From an uncultured Bacteroidales bacterium (GTDB taxonomy: Bacteria > Bacteroidota > Bacteroidia > Bacteroidales > P3), in the NCBI GenBank assembly GCA_947174375.1, contig CAMWIS010000001.1, forward strand, positions 1 to 37,870: a stretch of 37,870 bases of DNA, in the 5' to 3' direction. Both the position numbers and the translations under genes were made by a program. The notes beneath the pieces were generated by a model that was given only the letters and a program-made list of their open reading frames with translations, was not told the DNA's origin and ran no database searches. This document shows, in pieces, positions 1 to 8,491 of this stretch (position 1 is its first letter; each line of letters starts with the position of its first letter).

Positions 1-94
1 CGGAGGCCAAGTCCTTTTCAATGATTTCTTCGATAAAGTTCAGCGACTTTTCGGCGGGAGCCGTCGCTTCGTTTTTTAAGCTTTCGTTTTCCAT
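1..94 (-). CDS. glnS: glutamine--tRNA ligase, N-terminal fragment (gene runs off the left edge)
   Basis: The minus-strand reading frame opens at ATG 94..92. Hand translation gives MENESLKNEATAPAEKSLNFIEEIIEKDLAS. The NFI-xx-II-xx-DLAS stretch matches the N-terminus of class I GlnRS (E. coli GlnS ...TNFIRQIIDEDLASGK). Only 31 codons are visible. Confidence 0.55.
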   Translation of the reverse strand, partial: MENESLKNEATAPAEKSLNFIEEIIEKDLAS

Positions 95-115
95 AGGAAC
101 GAATTTTTAATTAGC

Positions 116-167
116 GGGTACAGGGCGAACCAACGCCATGTACCCAACCGGTCGTACCCCGCGGGGT
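116..167 (-). terminator. two GC-rich hairpins in the MFS-glnS spacer (possible operon terminator or RNA-stabilising element)
   Basis: Positions 116..145 read GGGTACAGGGCG-AACCAA-CGCCATGTACCC, a 12-bp stem with one G/A mismatch. Positions 156..167 are the perfect palindrome ACCCCGCGGGGT. Both lie just downstream of the MFS stop codon (177..179, minus strand). The trailing sequence on the minus strand is A/U-rich but has no clean U-run. Confidence 0.3.
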
Positions 168-176
168 CACGCCGTA

Positions 177-1598
177 TTATTTCTTAATGTTGGGTTCTTC
201 CAAACCGTAGTGCTTGCGGCGGTCTTCCATCTTGAGCCAGAAGCCCAAAATCAAGGCCAGCACGCCCAACGAAGCGAACACGATCATCGGCGCCTCGTAG
301 TTGTATTTGAGCGGGTCTTCCACGCCCGGGTTGGAGTTTTTGAGCACCGAACCGATAATCATCGGGAAGGCGTAAAGACCGATGTTCTGAATCCAAAAGA
401 TGACGGCGTAGGCCGAGCCCAGCAGGCGGTTGTCCACGAGTTTGGGCACGCTCGGCCACAGGGCGGCCGGAACGAGCGAGAACGAGATGCCGAGCAGGAT
501 GATGCCGAGGTAGGCGATGAGCGCCGACTGCGTGGCGGGCAGGACGAACGCGAACGTAAGGTGGCAAATGATCATGAGGATGGCGCCGAGCATCAGCATA
601 CTCGCGCCCTTACCCTTGCGGTCGAGGAAGTTGCCGAGCAGGGGCGTGATGGCCGCCGCGCCGAGCGGGAACACGAAGAACACGCGGCCCGCTTGTTCGG
701 CCGTATAGCCTAAGTTGCACTGCAACATATTGATGGCGTATTTCTGGAACGGGAAGATGGCCGAGTAATAGAGCACGCAGAGCAGGGCCACGAGCCAGAA
801 CACCTTGGACGAGAAGATTTTGCCGAGGTCGCTGATTTTGAAGGGGTCGTCCTTCTCTTCGTCGCTCATGCCCATCTGCGCATCTAATTTCTTATCCATG
901 AACGCATAGCAGATAAAGGCGATGAGGCCGATGAGCAACAGCAGGACGGCCACGCCCACGGGGCGGGACACGCTGACCGGCACGATGGAGGCGATGACGG
1001 GCGACCCCAGCACCACGACGGCCACGCCCACACGCGCGATGGCCATTTCAACGCCCATAGCCAAGGCCAACTCCTTGCCCTTGAACCATTTTACGATGCC
1101 GCGCGATACCGTGATACCGGCCATTTCCACGCCGCAGCCGAAGAACATGAAGCCGATGGCCGACATCTTGGCCGAAGCCGGCATCCCGTCAAAGAACGGC
1201 GTGATGTTCCACCAGGCCATGGGCAGGTTCAGAAAACGGTTCATGAACGCTTCCGCGCCGCTGCCGACAAAAGCGTCCGTTACGGCGTAGAAGTTGATGG
1301 ACGCGCCGCAGAGCATGACCACGCCGGAGAGGATGGCCGTGAAGCGGACGCCCATCTTGTCGAGGATAATCCCCGCAAAGATGAGGAAGAACACGAATAC
1401 GTTGAGGAACGTCTCGCTGCCGGCATAGTGGCCGTAGGCGGTCGGATCCCAGCCTCTCTGCGTCTGCAACAGTTCCTGCAAGGGCGAGAGGATATCCATA
1501 AAGATGTAGCCGAAGAACATGGCCGAAGCCAACAGCACGAGCGCCGTCCAGCGGGCGGCGGCCGAGTCGCGTAAAAGCGTTTGCACTTTTTCCGTCAT
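177..1598 (-). CDS. MFS-family transporter (substrate unknown)
   Basis: The 473-aa ORF has about 12 hydrophobic helices arranged 6+6 around a charged central loop (DAQMGMSDEEKDDPFKISD). The loop between TM2 and TM3 (GIILDKMGVRFT) resembles the MFS signature motif. It is the last gene of the minus-strand operon that starts near 8375. Confidence 0.8.
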   Translation of the reverse strand: MTEKVQTLLRDSAAARWTALVLLASAMFFGYIFMDILSPLQELLQTQRGWDPTAYGHYAGSETFLNVFVFFLIFAGIILDKMGVRFTAILSGVVMLCGASINFYAVTDAFVGSGAEAFMNRFLNLPMAWWNITPFFDGMPASAKMSAIGFMFFGCGVEMAGITVSRGIVKWFKGKELALAMGVEMAIARVGVAVVVLGSPVIASIVPVSVSRPVGVAVLLLLIGLIAFICYAFMDKKLDAQMGMSDEEKDDPFKISDLGKIFSSKVFWLVALLCVLYYSAIFPFQKYAINMLQCNLGYTAEQAGRVFFVFPLGAAAITPLLGNFLDRKGKGASMLMLGAILMIICHLTFAFVLPATQSALIAYLGIILLGISFSLVPAALWPSVPKLVDNRLLGSAYAVIFWIQNIGLYAFPMIIGSVLKNSNPGVEDPLKYNYEAPMIVFASLGVLALILGFWLKMEDRRKHYGLEEPNIKK

Positions 1599-1625
1599 GA
1601 TTGATGAGTATTAAAGGATGAATAA

Positions 1626-2132
1626 TTAATTTTCCGTGTGGTTGGGGTCGTAGGGCGGCAGCGGCTGTCCGTCCTTGTTTTTCAGGTAGGGCAGGAACAT
1701 CGCGTACAGCGCGACGAAGGCGCCCGACAGGAAGATGGAGCCGTAGGGCACGCCCCAGCCGGTCTGATACATATTCCAGAGAATCAACAGGCATTGCGCG
1801 ATGGTGTAGATGTGGAAGCCCGCGAATATCCGTTTGAACATACAGATGGCACCGGCCAAGGAGCCTAAGCACAGCAGGGTCTGAACCCAAAAGTAGGCCG
1901 GCCCCAATGCGACGACCTGCGTCACGGCCTCTTCCATGGCGGGCACGCTGGCATAGAGTTCGGCATAGGTGTCGCTGTAAAGCAACAGGTCTTTGATGGT
2001 GTTCAGGTTGGCGGCCATGAACAGATAGGTCAGGGCGTTGCAGCCGCTCCCGATGAACGTGAGGATGCACAGCAGCGTCAGGCCGTTGGGCCGCTTGGGG
2101 GCGGCGGTTTGGGGATTGAGGTTAGTATCCAT
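1626..2132 (-). CDS. small 4-TM membrane protein of unknown function
   Basis: The 168-aa ORF has four hydrophobic segments. Its ATG (2132..2130) overlaps the last codons and the TAA stop (2124..2122) of the upstream DUF2723 gene by 11 nt, which suggests translational coupling. I recognise no family. Confidence 0.6.
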   Translation of the reverse strand: MDTNLNPQTAAPKRPNGLTLLCILTFIGSGCNALTYLFMAANLNTIKDLLLYSDTYAELYASVPAMEEAVTQVVALGPAYFWVQTLLCLGSLAGAICMFKRIFAGFHIYTIAQCLLILWNMYQTGWGVPYGSIFLSGAFVALYAMFLPYLKNKDGQPLPPYDPNHTEN

Positions 2133-5100
2133 AGGATTGAAGCGTGTTTTTGCTGATTTCTACACTGTTTTTCAAGCCGTCGGCCTTGTCGGCGAACGGC
2201 CCGGCGATATGTTCCATTTCCGCGAACACCGACAGGCATTCCCGCATTTCTTCCATCAGGCTGCTTTGGTAACGCGGCGGGAAGCTTTCGGCGTACTGCA
2301 GGCGGCGGGTGTAGATGTCGCAGAGTTGTTGCGCCAACGCGGCGGCCTGTTCAAACGCCTCGGCCTGCAGGTAGGTCTCCACCTGATAAAGCATCAGCCC
2401 GTCGTACGGAATCTGCGCGTTGGGGAAGAAGTACAGGCTCTTGTCCAACACCGTCACGGCCGAGTCGCGCTTGCCCTCGAACAAAAGGGCCTTGGCCAGC
2501 AGGATATACTGGTAGCGTATGGCGCGCGTATAGGCCGCGCTCTCGGGGTCGATGGCCGTTTTGGGGTCGTTCAGGTTGCCCCAGCGGAAGGTGTTGACGT
2601 ACAGGTCGTACGTCTTGTCGGTATTCACGCCGTTGTCGCCGATAACGCGGCGGTTCTCGTTCAGATACGGCACCAGGCGGTAGACGTTGCCTTCCAGCTG
2701 CGCCAAGTGCGGCAGCGGCAGCACGTTGCCCTGCGCGCCCGCGCTCATGAAGTAGAGCGGGCGGCTCGCGAAGTTGGAGGCCATGATGTCGAGCAACGCG
2801 ATGTCCACGCGGTAGAGCGCGTCGGTCTTCTGAATCTGCCAGCTGATTTCGGGCAGGCAGCGGGCGGCCTGGTCTTCGGTCAGCCGGCCCTCGGAGAGCA
2901 TCTTCTCGATGGGCACCGTCAGCTTGACGTTGCGCGTGGGGAAGACCGAAATCTTCTCGCCGTCGCGCGTCAGCACCTGCGCCCGCGGGTTATTGGCCAT
3001 GTAACGCAGACAGGAGGCCAGTTCCACCGATTTGTTTTCGGGGCCGTTCTGCAGGTAGGCGTAGTCGTTGACGCCCTGGCCGTATTGGTCGAACGACAGG
3101 ATGAAGTTCAGCGGCTTGGACGCATAGACCTGACGGAACAGCGGCTGGACGTGCCAGAAGCTGTTGGCCAACGCGCTGTTGATGATGCGGACGCTGTTTT
3201 TAACGCCCTCCACCTCCTGACAGTACCATACGGGGAAGGTGTCGTTGTCGCCGTTGGCAATTACCACGCCTTCGTCCTCGCACGAGAGGAGCGCGTTCTT
3301 GGCAAAGTCATAGGCCGCCGTGCGGTGCGAGCGGTCGTGGTCGTCCCAACCCTCCTTGGCCATGATGCCGGGCACGGCCACGAGGCAGAGCAGGCCCACG
3401 CCAAGCGGCACGGCCACGTTGGGCTTTTTGAGGAGCTTCATCAGCCATTCGCTCAAGGCCACGACGCCCAAGCCAATCCATACGGCATAGGCGTAGAACG
3501 AGCCGGCGTAGGCGTAATCCCGCTCACGCGGCTCCGTCGAAGGTTCGTTCAGATAGGTCACAATCGCCAGGCCCGTCATGAAAAAGAGCAGGAACACGAC
3601 GAAGCAGTCGCGGCGGTGGGCGCGGTACTGGAAGAACAGACCGGCCAGGCCTAAGAGCAGCGGCAAAAGGTAGAACTTATTGCGGGCGTGGTTGTTGGCC
3701 AAGTAGTCGGGCAGGTTGTCCTGCGGGCCGAGCCGCATCTCATCCAAGAACTTGATGCCCGAAATCCAGTTGCCGTGGAAGATGTCGCGGCTGCCGTCCT
3801 CGTTGTAGCCCAAGCCTTGGATGTTGTTCTGCCGTCCGGCGAAGTTCCACATGAAATAGCGGAAATACATCCAGTTGAGGTGGTAGCGGAAGTAGAAGCG
3901 GAGGTTCTCGCCCATCGTGGGCTTGGGCGTGCCGTTGTCGGCCGTCGTGCCGCTCCAGAATTTGTAATACTTGATATGATTGTGGCCGCCGCTGTCACCG
4001 TTCGAATACATACGCGGGAACAGGCCGCAGTGCGCGGGGTCGTACACGTATTTGACGTTCGAGCCGGCCTTCTCGTAGCGTTTGGTCTCCGTATTGCGGA
4101 CATACTTGGTCGAAACGTCCTTGATGTCGATGATGCGTGCGTTGTAGTACTGGCCGTAGAACAGCGGGCGGCTGCCGTACTGTTCGCGGTTGAGGTAGGC
4201 CAGCAGGCTCAGCGCGTCCTTGGGCTCGTTCTCGTTGAGCGGCACGTTGGCGTTGGAACGGATGACGAGCGTCAGGAACGTGGAGTAGCCGATGAGCAGG
4301 AACGAGAGGCAGAGCAGGGCCGTGTGCAGCACCACCTTGTTGCGGCGGTAGGCGTAGGACAGGCCGAAAATCAGGCCGCCCGCCAGCGCGAGGAAATAGA
4401 ACACGGTGCCGGAATGGAACGGCAAGCGCAGCACGTTCACGAAAAAGAGCTCGAAGTAACCGGCCAATTTGACCGTCCAGGGCACGATGCCCCACAGGAT
4501 GCCCGCCAAGAGCACCACCGAAAGCAGGAGCGAGTACCAGAAGCCCTTGCGCGACGGCTCGAATTTCTTGTAATAGACGATGAATACGCAGGCCGGGATG
4601 ACGAGCAGGTTCAGCAGGTGCACGCCGATGGCCAGGCCGATGAGGAACGCGATGAAGATGATCCAGCGCAGGTGGTGCGGTTCGTCGGCGTGGCTTTCCC
4701 ATTTGAGGATGGCCCAAAACGTGATGGCCGTAAAGAACGACGACATGGCGTACACTTCGCCCTCGACCGCCGAGAACCAAAACGAGTCGGTGAACGTATA
4801 GGCGAGCGCGCCCACGGCGCCGGCGGCGAAAATCATCAGGCTCTGCAAAAGGTTCGGCTTAAAGTCGGACGGCATCGTGCGCGTCTGCGAACCGGCTTCT
4901 TTCTGCTGCCCCACGGCCCAGCAGAGTTTCTTGCCGAGCATCGTGACGGTCCAAAACAGGAACAGGATCGTGAAGCCGCTGCACAGCGCCGACAGGATGT
5001 TGACGGCAAAGGCCGTCCGCGTCACGTCGCCGAACGTGAAGATATTGGCGATGCAGCCCAAAATCTGGAACGTGGGGGCTCCGGGCGGGTGGCCGACCAT

Positions 5101-5238
5101 GAGTTTGGCGGCCGTGGAGATATATTCGCCGCAGTCCCACCACGAGGTGGTCCGTTCGGCCGTGCTGATGAACACCGTGCAGGCGATGGCGCAGACGAGC
5201 CAGCCCAACAGGTTGTTCCAGGTTTGATAACGCTTCAT
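2122..5238 (-). CDS. DUF2723 / TMEM260-like GT-C-type membrane glycosyltransferase with C-terminal TPR-like domain (paralog A)
   Basis: The 1038-aa ORF has an N-terminal polytopic domain of about 620 aa. Its first extracytoplasmic loop carries SWWDCGEY...VGHPPGAPTF, the WDxGE / HPPG signature I associate with Pfam DUF2723. The C-terminal ~400 aa are soluble and end in helical repeats (LLAKALLFEGKRDSAVTVLDKSLYFFP...). Confidence 0.85.
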   Translation of the reverse strand: MKRYQTWNNLLGWLVCAIACTVFISTAERTTSWWDCGEYISTAAKLMVGHPPGAPTFQILGCIANIFTFGDVTRTAFAVNILSALCSGFTILFLFWTVTMLGKKLCWAVGQQKEAGSQTRTMPSDFKPNLLQSLMIFAAGAVGALAYTFTDSFWFSAVEGEVYAMSSFFTAITFWAILKWESHADEPHHLRWIIFIAFLIGLAIGVHLLNLLVIPACVFIVYYKKFEPSRKGFWYSLLLSVVLLAGILWGIVPWTVKLAGYFELFFVNVLRLPFHSGTVFYFLALAGGLIFGLSYAYRRNKVVLHTALLCLSFLLIGYSTFLTLVIRSNANVPLNENEPKDALSLLAYLNREQYGSRPLFYGQYYNARIIDIKDVSTKYVRNTETKRYEKAGSNVKYVYDPAHCGLFPRMYSNGDSGGHNHIKYYKFWSGTTADNGTPKPTMGENLRFYFRYHLNWMYFRYFMWNFAGRQNNIQGLGYNEDGSRDIFHGNWISGIKFLDEMRLGPQDNLPDYLANNHARNKFYLLPLLLGLAGLFFQYRAHRRDCFVVFLLFFMTGLAIVTYLNEPSTEPRERDYAYAGSFYAYAVWIGLGVVALSEWLMKLLKKPNVAVPLGVGLLCLVAVPGIMAKEGWDDHDRSHRTAAYDFAKNALLSCEDEGVVIANGDNDTFPVWYCQEVEGVKNSVRIINSALANSFWHVQPLFRQVYASKPLNFILSFDQYGQGVNDYAYLQNGPENKSVELASCLRYMANNPRAQVLTRDGEKISVFPTRNVKLTVPIEKMLSEGRLTEDQAARCLPEISWQIQKTDALYRVDIALLDIMASNFASRPLYFMSAGAQGNVLPLPHLAQLEGNVYRLVPYLNENRRVIGDNGVNTDKTYDLYVNTFRWGNLNDPKTAIDPESAAYTRAIRYQYILLAKALLFEGKRDSAVTVLDKSLYFFPNAQIPYDGLMLYQVETYLQAEAFEQAAALAQQLCDIYTRRLQYAESFPPRYQSSLMEEMRECLSVFAEMEHIAGPFADKADGLKNSVEISKNTLQSYGY
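4591..4816. repeat. near-identical block shared with 7731..7956 (copy in paralog A)
   Basis: Hand alignment at an offset of 3140 nt shows 4618..4764 identical to 7758..7904 (147/147). I counted only 6 differences across 4591..4816. Flanking sequence is visibly far more diverged. Confidence 0.9.
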
Positions 5239-5279
5239 GAGTTCTGTTTGTTAAGTCTTCAGGTTTGAGGGGGCTTCGC

Positions 5280-8200
5280 TTACCGCATGGAGAGCAGGCG
5301 GTCGGCCGAGTTGGCCAGCGCCGGCGCATGATAGGCGTTCGCGTAGTCACGTATATATCCAATCATTTGCAGGCATTCCTGCTTTTCGGCTTCCACGCTG
5401 CGGTGGAAACGCGGCGGGAAGGATTCCACATAGCGCAGCCGCCCGTCGAAAATCTCCAGTAGCCGCTGTCCGAGGGCTTCGGCCTTTTCGGTCTCGCCGA
5501 ACGCGAAGTAAAGCGAGAGGTAGCGCACCATGTCGGTGTCGAAGCCGAGCACCGAATCCGGGAAAAAGGCCAACCCCTTGTCCAAGGCCGCCACGGCGTC
5601 GGTCATGCGGCCCTCCTGCGCCAGGGCGGAGGCCACGAGGCTGTATTGCTGCCGCGCCTGACGGCTCCACGTGCGCGTTTCGGGATCCAAGGCCAGGTCT
5701 TCCGGGATGGAGCCCCAGTCGAAGGTCTCCACGAGCAGGCGGTTGCTGCGGTCGGTGGCGATGCCGTTGAGCCGCTCGCCCGACACCGTTTTCGTGCGGT
5801 GGTTCGTATAGGGCACCCAACGGTAGAGCGTGCCTTCCATCTGCGCCTGACCCAGCGGCAGGTAGGACTGGTGCGCGTAGGGGCTCGTGCAGTAAATCGG
5901 GCGGTCCCACAGGTTGTTGGCCACGATGTCGAGGATGACGAGGTTCGATTTCGTCAGGTTGTCTTTATCCAACCGCCAGGTCAGCCGGTCGGGGATGGCC
6001 GCGATCTGTTCCGCCGTATAGAGGCCGGTGGCGGCCAAATACGCGCTGTCGGGCTTTTCGATAAAGACGGTCTTGGTCGGGATGTAGTTATACCATTCGC
6101 CGCTCATGGCGCGCACCTGCGTGTTGCGGTCGGGGTTGGCCACGAATTTCAGCAGGCTCTGCAACGGGTAGGCGGCTTGCAGCTGGTCTTGTACGAACAC
6201 GGCGTCGTTCGTGCCCGATTCGTAGGCTTCGTGCGGCAGCGAGAATTTGAGCGGCGCCGACTCGTAAGCCTGGCGGTACAGCGGCTGGATGAGCCACGAG
6301 CTGTGCGCCAGCATACTGTTGATGACGCGCACGTCGGTGCGGATGCCCTCCACCTGCTGGCAGTACCAGAGCGGGAACGTGTCGTTGTCGCCGTCGCAAA
6401 TCAGCACGGCGTTGGGTTCGCAACTCTCCAGCATATTGCGGGCGAAGTCGCGGGCGGCCGTCTGTTGGCCGCGGTTGTGGTCGTCCCAGCCCTGTTGCGC
6501 CATCACGCCCGGCACGGCCACGAGGCAGAGCACCGTCACGCCGGCGGCCACCGCGCAGCGTGCGGCCGGTTGTTTGAGGCGTTGCGCGAGCCAGTAGCCC
6601 AAGGCCGTCACGCCCAGGCCAATCCATATCGCAAACGCATAGAACGAGCCGGCGAAGGCGTAATCCCGTTCACGCGGTTCGGTCGAAGGCTGGTTCAGAT
6701 AAATCGCAATCGCGATGCCCGTCATGAAGAACAGCAGGAATACGACGAAGCAGTTGCGGCGGTCGTGCCGGTATTGGAACCAAAGGCCGGCCAAGCCCAA
6801 GAGCAGCGGCAGGAAAAAGAACGTGTTGCGCGCCGGGTTCTTGGCCAGATAGTCGGGCAGGTTCTTCTGCGGCCCCAACCGCATCTCGTCGATGAAGCCG
6901 ATGCCCGAAATCCAGTTGCCCTGGAACACGTCGCGGCTGCCGTCGGGGTTGTAGCAACGCCCCATGAGGTCGTTCTGCCGCCCCACGAAGTTCCACATGA
7001 AGTAGCGGAAATACATCCAGTTGAGCTGATAGCGCACGAAGAAGCGGATGTTCTCGCCCAAGGTGGGCCGCTTGTCGCCCTTGCAGCCGCTCCAAATCTT
7101 GTTGTACGTCACGCAGGGCCGGCCGCCCGATTCCATCGACGACCACATACGCGGGAACAGCCCGCAGAAGGCCGGGTCGTAGGTGATTTTCTGCGACGAA
7201 TAGCCGGCCTGCACGTAGCGGTGGCTTTCCTCGTCACGCTTGTATTGCGGGTTCTTCGACTCCACGGCGCGGACGGGCGCGTTGAAATACTGGCCGTAGA
7301 ACAGGGGCGTGGAGCCGTATTGGTCGCGGTTCAGATAGGCCAGCAGGCTGATGGCGTCCTTGTTCTCGCCCTGGTTGATGGGCACGTCGGCGTTGGCGCG
7401 CACCACCAGCGTGATGAACGTGGAGTAGCCGATGAGCATGAAGCTCAGGCAGAGCAGGGCCGTGTTGAGCAACACCTTCTGTTTGCGCGTCGAATAGACG
7501 AGCCCCCATACGAGCAAGCCCACGAGGGCGGCGAGGTAGAAGAACGTGCCGGAGTTGAACGGCAGCCGCAGCGTGTTCACGAAAAAGAGTTCCGTATAGC
7601 CCGCCAGTTTGACCGTCCAGGGCACGATGCCCCACAGGATGCCCGCCAGCAGCACCACCGAGAGCAGCAGCGCGTACCAAAAGCCTTTTTTCGTGGCGTC
7701 GAACTTGCGGTAGTAAATCGTGAAGACCATGGCCGGGATGACCAGCAGGTTCAGCAAGTGCACGCCGATGGCCAGGCCGATGAGGAACGCGATGAAGATG
7801 ATCCAGCGCAGGTGGTGCGGTTCGTCGGCGTGGCTTTCCCATTTGAGGATGGCCCAAAACGTGATGGCCGTAAAGAACGACGACATGGCGTACACTTCGC
7901 CCTCCACGGCCGAGAACCAAAACGAGTCGGAGAACGTATAGGCGAGTGCGCCCACGATGCCCGCGCCGAAAATCAGGATGCGGGCCAGCGCCGTCGGCTC
8001 GAACGTCTTGGGCGCGATGCCGGCGAAGGCCGCGTCCTTGGTGCGGTACACCGTCAAGAGCAGCATCTTGGCAATCATCGTGACGGTCCAGAACAGGAAC
8101 AGAATCGTGAAGCTGCTGCACAGCGCCGACAGGATGTTGACCGCATGGCCCATCTGCGCCGGGTCACGCCCCACGAACAGGGCCGCGATGGCGCCCAACA

Positions 8201-8375
8201 GCTGGAACGTGGGGGCTCCGGGCGGGTGGCCGACCATGAGTTTGGTCGAGGTGGCGATATACTCGCCGCAGTCCCACCAGCTGCCGCTGCGTTCGGCGGT
8301 GGAGACGAAAACAATCGTGGCGATGATCCATACGAACCAGCCGATCAGGTTGTTCTGTAAACGGTAAGATTTCAT
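5280..8375 (-). CDS. DUF2723 / TMEM260-like GT-C-type membrane glycosyltransferase with C-terminal TPR-like domain (paralog B)
   Basis: The track ORF 5280..8789 is trimmed to the internal ATG at 8375..8373 (MKSYRLQNNLIGWF...), giving 1031 aa collinear with paralog A. The 138-codon upstream extension is Arg/Pro-rich and overlaps the 3' end of glgB. It carries the same SWWDCGEY...VGHPPGAPTF loop motif. Only 41 nt separate it from paralog A. Confidence 0.85.
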   Translation of the reverse strand: MKSYRLQNNLIGWFVWIIATIVFVSTAERSGSWWDCGEYIATSTKLMVGHPPGAPTFQLLGAIAALFVGRDPAQMGHAVNILSALCSSFTILFLFWTVTMIAKMLLLTVYRTKDAAFAGIAPKTFEPTALARILIFGAGIVGALAYTFSDSFWFSAVEGEVYAMSSFFTAITFWAILKWESHADEPHHLRWIIFIAFLIGLAIGVHLLNLLVIPAMVFTIYYRKFDATKKGFWYALLLSVVLLAGILWGIVPWTVKLAGYTELFFVNTLRLPFNSGTFFYLAALVGLLVWGLVYSTRKQKVLLNTALLCLSFMLIGYSTFITLVVRANADVPINQGENKDAISLLAYLNRDQYGSTPLFYGQYFNAPVRAVESKNPQYKRDEESHRYVQAGYSSQKITYDPAFCGLFPRMWSSMESGGRPCVTYNKIWSGCKGDKRPTLGENIRFFVRYQLNWMYFRYFMWNFVGRQNDLMGRCYNPDGSRDVFQGNWISGIGFIDEMRLGPQKNLPDYLAKNPARNTFFFLPLLLGLAGLWFQYRHDRRNCFVVFLLFFMTGIAIAIYLNQPSTEPRERDYAFAGSFYAFAIWIGLGVTALGYWLAQRLKQPAARCAVAAGVTVLCLVAVPGVMAQQGWDDHNRGQQTAARDFARNMLESCEPNAVLICDGDNDTFPLWYCQQVEGIRTDVRVINSMLAHSSWLIQPLYRQAYESAPLKFSLPHEAYESGTNDAVFVQDQLQAAYPLQSLLKFVANPDRNTQVRAMSGEWYNYIPTKTVFIEKPDSAYLAATGLYTAEQIAAIPDRLTWRLDKDNLTKSNLVILDIVANNLWDRPIYCTSPYAHQSYLPLGQAQMEGTLYRWVPYTNHRTKTVSGERLNGIATDRSNRLLVETFDWGSIPEDLALDPETRTWSRQARQQYSLVASALAQEGRMTDAVAALDKGLAFFPDSVLGFDTDMVRYLSLYFAFGETEKAEALGQRLLEIFDGRLRYVESFPPRFHRSVEAEKQECLQMIGYIRDYANAYHAPALANSADRLLSMR
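7731..7956. repeat. near-identical block shared with 4591..4816 (copy in paralog B)
   Basis: Same alignment as the copy in paralog A. The block encodes ...FWFSAVEGEVYAMSSFFTAITFWAILKWESHADEPHHLRWIIFIAFLIGLAIGVHLLNLLVIPA in both paralogs, and synonymous positions are also identical. Confidence 0.9.
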
Positions 8376-8446
8376 AGCGTATTGTGTCAAGTGGTTCGCC
8401 GCCTTGCGTGTACGCGCATACGCGCGGGACGTGCGTGCGAAAGGCA

Positions 8447-8454
8447 CAAATATA
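8447..8454 (-). promoter_or_regulatory. candidate Bacteroidota -7 promoter box for the DUF2723 operon
   Basis: The minus strand reads TATATTTG, matching the TAnnTTTG consensus. It sits in the 116-nt glgB-DUF2723B spacer, about 70 nt upstream of the ATG at 8375. No clean -33 TTTG is present. Confidence 0.4.
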
Positions 8455-8491
8455 CGAAAAACTTGTGAAAAAGATAAATGCGCGGACGGTA

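Noticed and set aside
4580-7941. Twin 73-aa plus-strand ORFs (4580..4801 and 7720..7941) with nearly identical products, which could look like a duplicated small gene.
   Set aside because: They are the antisense reading of the gene-conversion tract inside the two DUF2723 genes. Their similarity is a by-product of that tract.
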